A DNA stretch of 64,000 nt from Octopus vulgaris (GCA_951406725.2 OX597840.1:31744001-31808000), one strand, 5' to 3'. Positions 39,360 to 53,445 are shown, counted from the stretch's first letter. Numbers and translations are program-made. The notes: a model not told the origin generated them from the sequence alone.

Positions 39360-39831
39360 TTTTTTATTCTTTCAATTATTTTGCTTCCATTTCTTGCCGA
39401 GTGTCTTCCCGATTCCTAGGGCAAAGAAACTCATAGTATACATTGGTAGGCCATTAAACCAAACTCAAATGTTCGTTCATTTTTTTTTTAAAATTAAAAT
39501 ACATGAGCAGCAACAGTTCTCACATCGACAATGCTCTTCTCAATACGTGTGATGTACCAGTTAAGACAATCTTTTGCACTTCTTGCAGGGATGGCCCAGT
39601 TAGGGATCATTCTCATATAATTTTCGGTTCCCTTCTTGATCATCCGCTCAAAAGTGCTCCCTACGATCACTGGTATTGTAACCGCCTTGAGATGCCACAT
39701 TTTCTCAATTTCAATGAGCAGGTCTTTATATTTTCAGAGCTTGTCAAACTCTTTCGCTGAGATATCATGATCACAGGGGATGCTCATGTCGATCAATAAG
39801 CAAACTTTATTGTTTTGGTCTTTCACAACAA

Positions 39832-39832
<1 letters not shown>
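39360..39832 (-). pseudogene. R4/Dong-like LINE 3' fragment with restriction-like endonuclease
   Basis: IVVKDQNNKVCLLIDMSIPCDHDISAKEFDKL, MWHLKAVTIPVIVG; flanked by (TTA)n on both sides. Confidence 0.8.
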
Positions 39833-39903
<71 letters not shown>

Positions 39904-39925
39904 CATTATTATTATTATCATTATT

Positions 39926-39990
<65 letters not shown>

Positions 39991-40139
39991 GTGAGAGAGC
40001 AGTGCATGCCATCAAAGCGATACTGGGGTAGAAATATACGAAGCTCAGTATAACCATCATGACTACCCGGCTGATAAAGGTACACCAGGCACATGCATCG
40101 CAAACATATGTACGTGACATGGTGATCTTACAGTACGAC

Positions 40140-41705
40140 TGAAAGCTTGGGGAGGGGAAGTGGCTGGGGCAGTAACGAAACATCTTCATGTAATACAATA
40201 CAGACAAGTATGTGGGCAGTACTTGTCAGCACAATCTTTTGGATTTCTCTGAAACATGGTTCTCCTGGGATATTATTTGGATGTTTCTGACATCTCATTT
40301 TTTTCCATACCTAGGGCATCTACAAAAACAGGGATAGTTCTCGATTTAAGGTACCACATCTTTTGTATTTCGAAGTCCAGGTCCTCATAGTTATTTAATT
40401 TGTCAAATTCCTTTACAGGTATATATTTATCAGTGAGAACACTTACATCTATTAGTGTACAATTATTTTTTCCCCATCCTTAATGACTATGTCTGGTCGA
40501 TTATCCTGGATCGTTCTGTCGGTATAGACTGGAAAATACCAGAGAATAGTGACATTCTAACCTTCAACGACTGGCTCAGGATGATGCTCAATCCAATCAG
40601 CAGGAGTACTGATTTTGTAGTGTTTATATATTATCCAATTTAGATACTGTTCTACCCCACACCTTGGGGATTTTTGTATTCGTGTGGTGTCAGCACAGGA
40701 CATTCCAAAACGAGATGGTCTTTTGTTTCGTCAAATGTGTCGCAGAATTCTGCATTTAGTGTGAGAACCTATTTCTTTATTACCCACAAGGGGCTAAACA
40801 CAGAGGGGACAAACAAGGAACAGACATAGGTATTAAGTCGATTACATCGACCCCAGTGCGTAACTGGTACTTAATTTATCGACCCCGAAAGGATGAAAGG
40901 CAAAGTCGACCTCGGCGGAATTTGAACTCACAACGTAACGCAGACGAAATACCTATTTCTTTATTACCCACAAGGGGCTAAACACAGAGGAGACAAACAA
41001 GGACAGACATAGGTATTAAGTCGATTACATCGACCCCAGTGCGTAACTGGTACTTAATTTATCGACCCGAAAGGATGAAAGGCAAAGTCGACCTCGGCGG
41101 AATTTGAACTCACAACGTAACGCAGACGAAATACCTATTTCTTTATTACCCACAAGGGGCTAAACACAGAACAAACAAGGACAGACATAGGTATTAAGTC
41201 GATTACATCGACCCCAGTGCGTAACTGGTACTTAATTTATCGACCCCGAAAGGATGAAAGGCAAAGTCGACCTCGGCGGAATTTGAACTCACAACGTAAC
41301 GGCAGACGAAATACCTATTTCTTTATTACCCACAAGGGGCTAAACATAGAGGGGACAAACAAGGACAGACATAGGTATTAAGTCGATTACATCGACCCCA
41401 GTGCGTAACTGGTACTTAATTTATCGACCCCGAAAGAATGAAAGGCAAAGTCGACCTCGGCGGAATTTGAACTCACAACGTAACGCAGACGAAATACCGC
41501 TAAGCATTTCGCCCGGCGTGCTAACGTTTCTGCCAGCTCGCCGCCTTTGTGTCAGAACCGTTTTGAAGAAACTTAACCTGGTAGGTTTTGGTAAGTAAGC
41601 TTTGATCTTGTGCCGCCAATATGAAACCTTCAGTCTCTGCTTTCGATCATGAAATTCTCAGCCACTGATGGGTTGTTGCTTAGTCTACATCAGCATTTCG
41701 ACTTC
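40140..41705 (-). pseudogene. Second R4/Dong-like fragment (zinc knuckle and RLE region) split by a SINE C tetramer
   Basis: HQWL...AETEGFILAAQDQSL, then C..FDETKDHLVLECP and the KMWYLKS..IPVFV region. Confidence 0.75.
40768..41547 (-). mobile_element. SINE C tetramer (one head, four ~184-bp bodies)
   Basis: Identical junction repeated three times; TSD-like GTGT(G/C)AGAACC. Confidence 0.9.
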
Positions 41706-41710
41706 GAATT

Positions 41711-42105
41711 ACTCTCTTTACTTGTATCAGTCATTTGACTGCGGCCATGCTGGAGCACCGCCTTTAGTCGAGCAAATCGACCCCGGGACTTATTCTAAGC
41801 CCATATTCTATCGGTCTCTTTTGCCGAACCACTAAGTGACGGGGACGTAAACACACCAGCATCGGTTGTCAAACAATGCTAGGGGGACAAACACACAGAC
41901 ACACAAACACACACATACATATATATACATATACATATATACGACAGGCTTCTTTCAGTTTCCGTCTACCAAATCCACTCACAGGGCATTGGTCGGCCCG
42001 GGGCTATAGCAGAAGACACCTGCCCAAGATGCCACGCAGTGGGACTGAACCCAGAACCATGTGGTTGGTTAGCAAGCTACTTACCACACAGCCACTCCTG
42101 CTCCT
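41711..42105 (-). mobile_element. SINE B
   Basis: Reverse complement of B. Confidence 0.9.
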
Positions 42106-42231
42106 ATATACCATCCCTGCAGATGCCCTTCTTCCATTGCTCCTCAATTAGTTTCTACCCGTTCCTTTTTGCAATTTCTTTGATCCGTTTTGCTTGTTTT
42201 GTCCCAGTGGTTTCAGGTGTTTCATCTAATT

Positions 42232-42725
42232 CAGGGGAGCAGGAGGAAGAGGAGGAGCAGGAAAAAGGGGAGCAGGAGGAAGGGAAGAGGAAAAGCAGGC
42301 AGTAGGAGGAGGAGATAAGGGGAGGAAGGGGAGGAGGAGGAGGAGGAGGAGGAGGAAGAGAGGGAGAGGTGAGAAGAGGAGGGAGGATTATGAGGGTTTA
42401 GGAGATGAGTAAGGAGCAGGAGAGGAGGAGGAAGAGGAGGAGGAGATGCAAGAGAAGGGGAGCAGGAGGAAGGGAAGAGGAAAAGTAGGCAGTAGGAGGA
42501 GGAGATAAGGGGAGGAAGAGGAGGAGGAGGAGGAGGAGGAGGAAGAGAAGCAGGGGTGAGAAGAGGAGGGAGGATTATGAGGGTTTAGGAGATGAGTAAG
42601 GAGCAGGAGAGGAGGAGGAAGAGGAGGGAGGAGGAGATGCAAGAGAAGAAGGGAACAGGAGAGGAGAAGAAAGAGGAGAGGAATAAGAGCAGATTGAGAG
42701 GAGAAGCAAAGGCGGAGGAGGCACA
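42232..42725. repeat. GA-rich tract with ~190-bp tandem duplication
   Basis: GGATTATGAGGGTTTAGGAGATGAGTAAGG occurs twice. Confidence 0.85.
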
Positions 42726-42789
42726 AGAAAGTGTAAGCGACAGAGTCCTTATAGGAGAAGTTATGCAAATGAAAAATTAGTTTAATTAG

Positions 42790-43372
42790 CTTATTTTAAG
42801 GTAACAAGTTATATTTTCTTTCGAAAATTAGTCATCAGTTGTATAAGCACCAAGAAATTAACATTAAATTATTGCTTATGTTAGTTAGTTAATTTGGCTC
42901 AAAAGCAAATAGCAAGGCCATGTATGGGGACATGGAGTTAAGTACAGGGTGGTGTTCATGTAAAGAGTTCAGGCCACTTGAGGTCAAGGGAGGCTTTGAA
43001 CAAAGCGGTCGTCGGCATCTTCACCATCTCGTCTGGCAGCTTGTTCCACGGATCCGTAACCCGGACGGAGAAAGCTCCTCTCCTTCGATTGAGATGAAAT
43101 CGTCGCAGGTAGAGCTTTCGGAATGACCCCGCAGCCGACGCTCTGGAGCAGGAGTGAAGAACAGCTCTTTCGAGAGGTTACACTTTCCGCTTATGATGTT
43201 GTGGGCGAGAATGAGATCACCACGGCGGCGGCGTTTTTCAAGAGAATAAAGGTCGAGCGTCCTCAGCCTTTCTTCATAGGACAAATTTTTGAGACCATGA
43301 ACCATGCGGGTAGCCAGCCTCTGGACTCTTTCGAGATGCTGTATGTCTTTGAGGAAATAAGGAGAAGAGGCT
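42790..43372 (-). mobile_element. CR1-like LINE 3' fragment (different family)
   Basis: GLKNLSYEERLRTLDLYSLEKRRRRGDLI...RLRGH. Confidence 0.85.
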
Positions 43373-43677
43373 TATAACCACTTTAAAATGGCTGCCGTCT
43401 AAGAGATGATCTTGTCCTTTCTTAGAGAACAGACTAGCTTCCTAAATTTAAATTAGGATATGTAAATTATATTTCCTGATATCAGCTTTGACTGCAAAAG
43501 TGTTCTTCCTAAGTAAATCATAATATGACAGGTAAGACTTCAGGATGGATAATAAGCCATTATACGCTATGAGTTTCAAATTTTGGCACAAGGCCAGCAA
43601 TTTCGGGGCCGGGGACTATCGATTCTATCGACCCCAGTGTTCGACTGGTACTTATTTTAAATGGATTAACGGCCGCC

Positions 43678-43740
<63 letters not shown>

Positions 43741-43741
<1 letters not shown>

Positions 43742-44265
43742 GATGCAGTACCAGCCAATGGCTCTCATGGCTTCTGATCTTAACTGATTGGAAGTGTTAT
43801 CATGTACATTGTTTTGTCTTGGTATAAAAGATGGGCTACAGCAAATATTCTGCTCAATACCACAGATTTGCTTGTCAGTTGTTTGACCTTAACCAGTTGA
43901 GCATGTCCCTTAGTGGCTGACGATATGTGCATCTCTGATCACGAGCAGAAGTAGTGGGGGAGCATCATAGCCATGTGTTGAGAGGGATTCTTTGGGGTTT
44001 GAATAGTTCACCTCTGGAAACATAGGTGGTTCTTTCAACATCCTTAAACAACCCTTATTCAGGGACCGTTTGAGCGGGATGGGCTACTCAACCTGAAGAA
44101 AATTCTAACTGGGCCCCACCTGCAAGGTCATGTCCTGTTTATCTTGACAAGAGATCACCATGTGGCGCACATATGGTTGTGATGCATGTACCTAGTGTAC
44201 CCTTATCAGATGGGTAGTCATGATGGGTATACTGGGCTTTGTATATTTTACCTGCTCTCTCACTC
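43741..44265. mobile_element. Repeat family D, longest copy, embedded in (TAA)n
   Basis: Inverted homolog of 38985-39330; (TAA)n on both flanks. Confidence 0.7.
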
Positions 44266-44302
<37 letters not shown>

Positions 44303-44303
<1 letters not shown>

Positions 44304-44920
44304 TTTCTTTTATTGGTCGCAAGGGCCCAAGACATAAAGGACAATATCTAAGGATGAGCTACAGCACCAAAAGAAAATTACAAAATTGGACCACGGTGGA
44401 ATTTGAACTCAAAGCGTAGACACTGATGAAATGCCGCTAAGCATTTTGCCCGGAGTACTCACGACTCTGCTAGCTCGCTACTCTACACCGTTGTCCAATA
44501 ATTGGTTATTATTGTAAGCGGCGAGCTGGTAGAATCGTTAACATACAGGACGAAATTATAGCAGAATTTCGTCTGTCTTTATTTTCTGAGTTCAAATTCC
44601 GCCGAAGTCTACTTTGCCTTTCATCCTTCCGGGATCAATAAAATAATGACCAATCAAGGACTAGGAGCGATGTAATTGACTTATTCCCTTCCTGAATTTT
44701 CTGGCCTTCAACCAAAATTTTAAACCAATAGTAGTTACTATTTTAAGGCAGCGAAATGGCAGAATCATTATGATGGACCTAAAGAATAGCAACATTTTGT
44801 CCATTTTTAAGTTTTGGGTACGAGTTCAGCCGAAATTAACTTTACCTTTCATCCTATCGGAGGTCAATAAAACAAACATCTCCCCCGATATTGCTAGCCC
44901 TGTGCCAAAATTTGATACCA
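44303..44920. mobile_element. Cluster of old SINE C-like copies
   Basis: Degenerate GCGGCGAGCTGG / GAGTTCAAATTCCGCCGA / CCTTTCATCCT motifs on both strands. Confidence 0.65.
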
Positions 44921-45177
44921 ATATCGGTTACTGCTTAATTAAAACGATCTACGTTTTATTTCGTTTTCCCATTTTTATTTACAAATCACAGAATTAAAAT
45001 GTTTGTAAAAGGCCAACCAGAGAAATGCTTATTGAACTACAAAACGTTTCTAACTATTGAAATAAACTATGCCACAGACAGGATCAACCATGTCTTACAT
45101 TACACTATATCATTTCATCATGTACCTAGGTCCATCAACGTCCGTGACCCTTAAAGGCTCTCTGAGACATATAGGGG

Positions 45178-45518
45178 TAAAAAGGACCGCCTTCGGTCAC
45201 GAATGACCTTAGGATTGCACCTAGGAAATTCCCCCTCGAGGTATAAGTCTGGGCAAGGTTGTTTATGGAAGACCAGCAGTTTCATTTGCATACCAGCCGC
45301 CCTTCTCCGCACCACATATGTTATCCAAGAGAAAAGCGAAGGCCAATACAGCTTGGTACCAGTGATGTTGCAACTCATTTCTACAGCTGAGTGAACTGGA
45401 ACAATGTGAAAATAAAGTATCTTGCTCAAGAACACAATACAGCCCGGTCCAAGAATAGAACTCACTACCTCATGAATGTGATCCCGACGCTCTAACTACT
45501 GAGTCATACACCTTCACC
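45178..45518 (-). mobile_element. tRNA-head CORE-like SINE with a distinct tail
   Basis: Minus strand TGACTCAGTAGTTAGAGC...GAGTTCTATTC...TGTGTTCTTGAGCAAGATACTT..CCAGTTCACTCAGC. Confidence 0.65.
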
Positions 45519-45875
45519 ATAAAGGAGTAGAGAAGAAGATATCCTCAAACTGGAAGCTTGGGTAGAAGGCTTACAGCATAAAGCATTCTGCTTAAGGCAC
45601 CGAAGGGGCCGGGGATTAGCTTAAGCTGGGTAATGGATTAAGTCAACCACCCAAACAAGCTAAGTATGATTTGAAATTAGAAAGATGAAATCCGTAATAC
45701 ATACGACTTTGGATTCTGTTAAGTGTTTTTATGACTCTATCAGATTACTCTACACTGGGAGCCGGTAAACTGGCAGAATTGTGGAATTACAACCGTGTTT
45801 CGTGGTCTGCTACCACAACAGCTCCTTTATAGGATCCAGTTAACTCAAGACATCATCAAGAGGAACCACGTCCGG

Positions 45876-46118
45876 TTTCGGCCCCTACTCCTCTACCGTT
45901 TTGACGTGGCAGGGCCCCCCTCTTTCGGAGGTGTCTACAGCTCTGGTGTTGGGTGCATGCCTTCTTTCTTCTTCTTTCTTCTGTTCCCTGGCCGCTTCAG
46001 TTTCGGCCCCTACTCCTCTACCGTTTTGACGTGGCAGGGCCCCCCTCTTTCGGAGGTGTCTTCAGCTCTGGTGTTGGGTGCATGTCTTCTTTCTTCTTCT
46101 TTCTTCTGTTCCCTGGCC
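45876..46118. repeat. ~124-bp tandem duplication
   Basis: TTTCGGCCCCTACTCCTCTACCG...TTCTGTTCCCTGGCC twice. Confidence 0.85.
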
Positions 46119-46890
46119 TCTTCGGTGTAGCGTCAACGAGCGTCAGACGGTGACTGACTTGTCAAATTTTTTTCCCTTTAAATACCTGCTGCTAGGCTCC
46201 AGCAGGCAGCCCCAGGAAGTTGTCACGTGACACTGTCTCAGCTTTAACTGACTAGTGAAGGCGCGTAGTCTTAGTCCACGCATTCGCTAAACGACCGTCA
46301 CCTGTCAATCAGCGAAGCCAATTCAGTGTCAGCTTGTCTCACCAAGTGATGTTATTTCCCGCCGGCATGTTCTGACTTTCAAGCCATTTTTGGTCTTCCC
46401 GATTCAGGCAAAATGAGTTGCAGCAAACCGCCTGTCTTCGTGATCTGAATTCAAATTCTACTGAGGTCATCTTTGTCTTCCGTGGTCGATAAAATAAGTA
46501 CAATTTGAGCACTGGGGATGATGTAATCCACTTAATCCAATTAAACCCAGCCGCATCGTCAGAAACTTCTGGCGTTGTGCCAAAATTTGAAACAAATAAT
46601 ATTGAACACTAAAAGAATAAAACGTTAAGATAATTTTGGCAAGATTTCAAATCAGGATGCAAGGAGATGAAGCAGATTACACAACCGTTCCATCTGATAT
46701 TCCAAGGATTTCAGTAGGGTTCCGCCTTGATTGGTATTCTTTTTTCACAGCCCCGAAACAACGGGAGTGAGATATTTGAAATCAGAAGGCACAAAACTAG
46801 AAAACCCATTAGCAAAATCTAGCAGGGTTACACGTTTGAGATATTGCTTTAAGCTATCGAACACAATGGACACGTGTTAGATTACAATGT

Positions 46891-47271
46891 AGAAGCACTC
46901 CGTCGGTTACGACGACGAGGGTTCCGGTTGATGCGAATCAACGGAACAGCCTGCTCGTGAAATTAACGTGTAAGTGGCTGAGCACTCCACAGACACATGT
47001 ACCCTTAACGTAGTTCTCGGGGATATTCAGCGTGACACAGAGAGTGACAAGGCCGGCCCTTTGAAATACAGGTACAACAGAAACAGGAAGAAAGAGTGAG
47101 AGAAAGTTGTGGTGACAAAGTACAGCAGGAATCGCCACCATCCCTGCCGGAGCCTCGTGGAGCTTTTAGGTGTTTTCGCTCAATAAACACTCACAACGCC
47201 CGGTCTGGGAATCGAAACCGCGATCCTACGACCGCGAGTCCGCTGCCCTAACCACTGGGCCATTGCGCCTC
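46891..47271 (-). mobile_element. SINE A monomer
   Basis: TSD GTTAGATTACAATG. Confidence 0.9.
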
Positions 47272-50223
47272 AACGTTAGATTACAATGCCTCAAAGCAGA
47301 AAGGAGGCAGGTGCACCGTTGCATTGATTCCATTTCACTATTACGAAGATTTAATCTCACATTTCCAATCACACCAATCCACAAATCCATACACACCATT
47401 CTATAATTCCAGTCACAATTCTATGGATCAAATTGCACCATTCCACCATCAAATCACTCCATAGATGCAATCATTTCCTATATGCAATATATTCCATTCA
47501 CCCAATCACATCTTTCAATCCTGAAAATCCTAAAAATCCATAGATCCAACCCCGAAAATTTATAGATCCCAGCACACCCTCCTATAGATCTAATCACATC
47601 ATTTCATCATCAAATCAAACCATTCCATAGATCCAGCCTCACCATTCCACATAACAAATCAAATCATTGCATCATACAATCAAACCATTCAATATATCTC
47701 TTCCATGGATCCATTCACATCACTCCATAGATCCAGACAGACCATTCCATACATCCAGTCAAATCATTCTATAGATCCATTCACATCATTCCATAGATCC
47801 ATTCACATCATTCTATAGATCCATTCAAATCATTCTATAGATCCATTCACATCATTCCATAGATTCATTCACACCATTTCATAGACCCATTTACATCATT
47901 CCATAGATCCATTCACATCATTCTATAGATCCATTCGAATCATTCTATAGATTCATTGACATCATTCCATAGATTCATTTGCACCATTTCATAGATTCAT
48001 TCACATCATTCCATAGATCCATTCAAATCATTCTATAGATCCATTCAAATCATTCCATAGATTCATTCACATCATTCCATAGATCCATTCAAATCATTCT
48101 ATAGATCCATTCAAATCATTCTATAGATCCATTCACATCATTCCATAGATTCATTCACACCATTCCATAGATTCATTCACACCATTTCATAGATCCATTC
48201 AAATCATTCTATAGATCCATTCAAATCATTCCATAGATTCATTCACACCATTCCATAGATTCATTCACACCATTCCATAGATTCATTCACACCATTTCAT
48301 AGATTCATTCACATCATTCCATAGATCCATTCAAATCATTCTATAGATCCATTCAAATCATTCTATAGATCCATTCACATCATTCCATAGATTCATTCAC
48401 ACCATTCCATAGATTCATTCACACCATTTCATAGATCCATTCAAATCATTCTATAGATCCATTCAAATCATTTCATAGATTCATTCACACCATTCCATAG
48501 ATTCATTCACACCATTCCATAGATTCATTCACACCATTTCATAGATCCATTCAAATCATTCTATAGATCCATTCAAATAATTCTATAGATCCATTCGAAT
48601 CATTCTATAGATCCATTCACATCATTCCATAGATTCATTGACATCATTCCATAGATTCATTTGCACCATTTCATAGATTCATTCACATCATTCTATAGAT
48701 CCATTCGAATCATTTTATAGATCCATTCACATCATTCCATAGATTCATTCACATCATTCCATAGATTCATTCACATCATTCCATAGATTCTTTCACACCA
48801 TTTCATAGATTCATTCACATCATTCCATAGATTCATTCACATCATTCCATAGATTCTTTCACACCATTTCATAGATCCATTCACATCATTCTATAGATCC
48901 ATTCACATCATTCCATAGATCCATTCACATCATTCCATAGATCCATTCACATCATTCTATAGATCCATTCACAGCATTCCATAGATCCATTCACAGCATT
49001 CCATAGATCCATTTGCACCATTTCATAGATCCACTCACACCATTCCATAGGTCCATTTGCAACATTCTATAGATCTATTTGCAACATTCTAAAGATCCAT
49101 TCACACCACTCCAATGATCAAATTACATAAATCACACCTATCCATAGACCCAATCAAACCTTAACATAAATCCAATCACAACTTTCCATATGACCATTCA
49201 TACTATTCCATAAATCCATTCATACCATTCCATAGGCCCATTCACACCATTCAATGCAGCCATTCACACAATTCCATAGATCCAGTTATGTCATTCCATA
49301 CATAAGATTACACCATGCTATAGATACAATCAAATCATTCTACTGATCCAGTCACACAATTCTGTAGATCCAGTCACACCATTCCATAGGTCCAATCACC
49401 TCACTCCATAGATCCAACCATGCCATGACATAAATCCAATCACACTATTCCATAGATCCATTCACACCATTCTGTACATCCATTCACGTCATTCCAAAGA
49501 TCCAAGCACAACATTCCATAGATCCAATCACACCATCCCAATGATCAAATTACACCATTCCATAGATCCATCCACAACATTCTGCAGAAGCATTCACACT
49601 ATTCCATAGATTCATTCACACCTTTCTCTGATCCATTCTGTAGATGGGTCACACTATTCTGTAGGTACATTCACACCATTCCATAGATCCAGTCACACCA
49701 TTCCATAGAGCCATTCAAACGATTCTATAGATCCAGTTATGTCATTCCATGCATCAAATCACACCATTCTATAGATCCAATCACTCTATTTTATACAACC
49801 AGTCACATCATTCCATAAATTCAGTCATACCATTCTATAGATCCAATCAAACCATTTCACAGATCAAATCAAACCATTCTAGAGATTCAATCACTCTATT
49901 TTATACAACCAGTCACATCATTCCATAAATTCAGTCATACCATTCTATAGATCCAATCAAACCATTTCACAGATCAAATCACACCATTCTAGAGATTCAA
50001 TCAAATCATTCCTTATTTTGATAAGAACAAAAGGAAGATGACCATTGCAACATTCCATAGTTTTAATCCCAAAATTATATTCCCTTCCGTTGTGCCATTC
50101 CAGACATGCAGCCTCTCCACTCATTCAATCCAAAACTTAAAATCTCACCATTCCATAGATCTACTCACACCATCCAATGGATCCATTCCCATAATTCCAA
50201 TCAGCCAATTTTATCACCTTTAA

Positions 50224-50443
50224 CCCCTTAGTATTCGCATTATTCTGCCAAAATTAATCCTTTTTTATCTAAATTGTTTTAAACTAATCATGCATTATCT
50301 TGAATCTATGAGATTTTGATGAGGTACCTGTAATTTTTAAAACGATATTGTAGGGTTAGTGTGAGAGACCAGATCTGGCCAGTCTGACCATAAAACAGGC
50401 AGAATACTTTTGGCCGGATAAGGCTGGTTTAAATGCTAAAGGG
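50224..50443. mobile_element. piggyBac-like MITE
   Basis: TTAA-CCCCTTAGTATT ... AATGCTAAAGGG-TTAA. Confidence 0.7.
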
Positions 50444-50560
50444 TTAAGAGCCAATCACACCATTCCATTGATCAAATTTTCCAATTCTATAGATGCAACC
50501 AAACCTAATCCCCAAACTTCTAATCCCAAAATTCCATTTGATTCAGAAATACCATTCCAG

Positions 50561-50770
50561 TGGAGGCGCATGGCTTAGTGGTTAAGGTGTTGAACTCAAG
50601 ATCGTAAGATTGTGGTTTCGATTCCTGGACCGGGCGATGCGTTGTGTTCTTGAGCAAAACACTTGATTTCACATTGCTCCTGTCCACTCAGCTGGCAAAA
50701 AGGAGTAACGCTGTGATGGACTGGTGTCCCGTCCAGGTGGGGAATTTCTACGCCCTGGCATTACTCGAGA
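50561..50770 (+). mobile_element. tRNA-head CORE-like SINE
   Basis: A-like head TGGCTTAGTGG / GGTTTCGATTCC, then GTTGTGTTCTTGAGCAAAACACTT...CCACTCAGCTG...GATGGACTGG. Confidence 0.75.
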
Positions 50771-51244
50771 AGGAACATAATACACAGTAATACCATTCTG
50801 CGGATAAATTCACCATTCTAAACTCCTAATTTCACCTTTCCATACATCCACTCACACATTTCATAGATCGAATCTCACCATTCTATAGATCCACTCATTC
50901 CATTCCAAGGATCTTATCACATCATTCCATAGATCCAATCCCAGTATTCCAATGAGATGGTTACACCATTTCTCAGAACCAATCATGCCATTCCATTCCA
51001 ACCAATCACAGCATTCCATAGATCCACTCCAACCTGTCCATTGATTTCAATCGCATCCTTCTATTTTATCCAATCACACCATTCTATGGATATTTGGCCA
51101 TTCCATGGAACCACTCACGTCATTGCGTTGCAAGAAATCTCCGGGATATTTTTTTTGTTTTTTTTTGTTATTGTTGAAGTAATGAGAGTTGCATGTCTTC
51201 TGCGGAATGGTCTTTTAAATTGGAATTTAAGTCTTCACACATAG

Positions 51245-51275
<31 letters not shown>

Positions 51276-51903
51276 TACACAAACACACACACACATACAT
51301 ACATACATACATACATACATACATACACATGCACACACACATACATACAAACATACATACATACATACATACATACATACATAGATGCATACATACATAC
51401 ATACACACATACATACATACATACATACATACATACATACACACATACATACATACATACATATATACATACATACACACATGCATACATACACTCATAC
51501 ATACAAACATACATACATACATACATACATACATACATACATACATGCATACATACATGCACAAAGATATATATACACACACAGGTACTTAGACATACAT
51601 GCACATATACTCAAAAATACTTAAATGCAAAATGCATATCTCATAACTCTATGACGCCAATCACACACACTCGCATACACAGATATACTTAATTAGATGT
51701 GCATACAAACATGCTCAAGTGTATATGTGTACCAAAATGTGTGTATATATATAAATATATATATATATATATAAATATGTATACACACACACACATATAT
51801 GTATACATGTATATATATATTCATACATATATACATACATATATCTATCTACATATATATATATATATATGTATATGGCATTCAGAATGCTTATGTATGT
51901 ATT

Positions 51904-51953
<50 letters not shown>

Positions 51954-52065
51954 TAGATAGATAGACAGATAGATAGATAGATTGATTGATAGATAGATAG
52001 ATAGATAGATATGTAGATAGATATATGTATGTGTGTGTATATATATATATATATACGTAGATAGA

Positions 52066-52125
<60 letters not shown>

Positions 52126-52236
52126 TATGTATATATAGGAAGAGAGAGATAAGTAGATAGATAGATCAATAGATCAATATACTCACATATATAGTCATAC
52201 AAAAATGCAAACAGATGTGTACATACAGATGATGTT

Positions 52237-52298
<62 letters not shown>

Positions 52299-52864
52299 CA
52301 GAAACCTATAAACATAGAAAGCATGCACCCCGCCAGCCCACCCACGCAGCCGCACAGTTTAAGCCAGCAATAACAAGTGCAAAGTACAGGCGTGTTTTTA
52401 TTAAGCTCTCTGTGACTTGCAAGATGTCCGCGAAGGCCAGGAGTTGAAAAAATTGATGAGAGCCGGAGGTAATGACATAAAACAGATCAATGTAATGCAT
52501 ACCATGTCCATGGGTTCATTGTATTTCTGTGCGATTGGTGAATTGTGGTTCTTTGCAATTGGTAAATATCGTTATCTTTGGTAATTTAGGCTGAAATGCT
52601 TCCTGCTCTGAATTACCATGTAGTACTACAACCTATCAAATCTTCCCCCACCCCCGCCGCCATCGTACGTCTCAGCCTTGCAACAAAGCAAAAGCAAATC
52701 TTTGAAATCTTTAAATGATGGGGGGGGGGGGATCCGACTTTTGGAATTTCGGTGCCATGTGTTTTGGTGTTTCTGTGTGAGCATGGTTGTTGTGTGTGTA
52801 TGTGTGTGTATGTGTGTGTGTAAGTGTATATGTAAATATATTTTATATATATATATATATATTC

Positions 52865-52950
<86 letters not shown>

Positions 52951-53035
52951 GTATATATATATGTATATATATATATATATAATATATATATATACTGTGT
53001 GTGTATACATATGCACACATACACACATAGAAAAC

Positions 53036-53069
<34 letters not shown>

Positions 53070-53114
53070 GTAGATAGATAGATAGATAGATTGATAGATA
53101 GATAGATATGTAGG

Positions 53115-53147
<33 letters not shown>

Positions 53148-53445
53148 TATAGATAGATAGATAGACAGACAGATAGACAAGCAGGCAGACAGGCAGACAG
53201 ACATACAGATAGATAGAAAAATAGGAGGAGAGTGGCAAAGAGAGAGAGAGAAAAAAGAGATACATATATATACATATATATATATATATTTATATGTGCG
53301 TGTGTGTGTGAATGTATGTGTGTTTATGTGAATTCATGTGGGTATAGAAAGTTCACATCAGCAGAATATAAACATTTTGTTATGTATGTATTTAAACATA
53401 TACATATATACATATTTCCCGAACAAATTGCACTTCATCTTTGAA

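Larger units (their letters stand above)
47360..51110. repeat. 22-bp CATTC-rich satellite (ATAGATCCATTCACATCATTCC), homogeneous core about 47700-49100
   Basis: Direct periodicity with degenerate flanks. Confidence 0.9.

Noticed and set aside
40768-41547. SINE C multimers as hammerhead retrozymes
   Set aside because: I found no CUGANGA core on either strand of the unit.
42800-42845. Minus-strand CTGATGA...CGAAA
   Set aside because: Stems II and III do not form; lies in a LINE 3' region.
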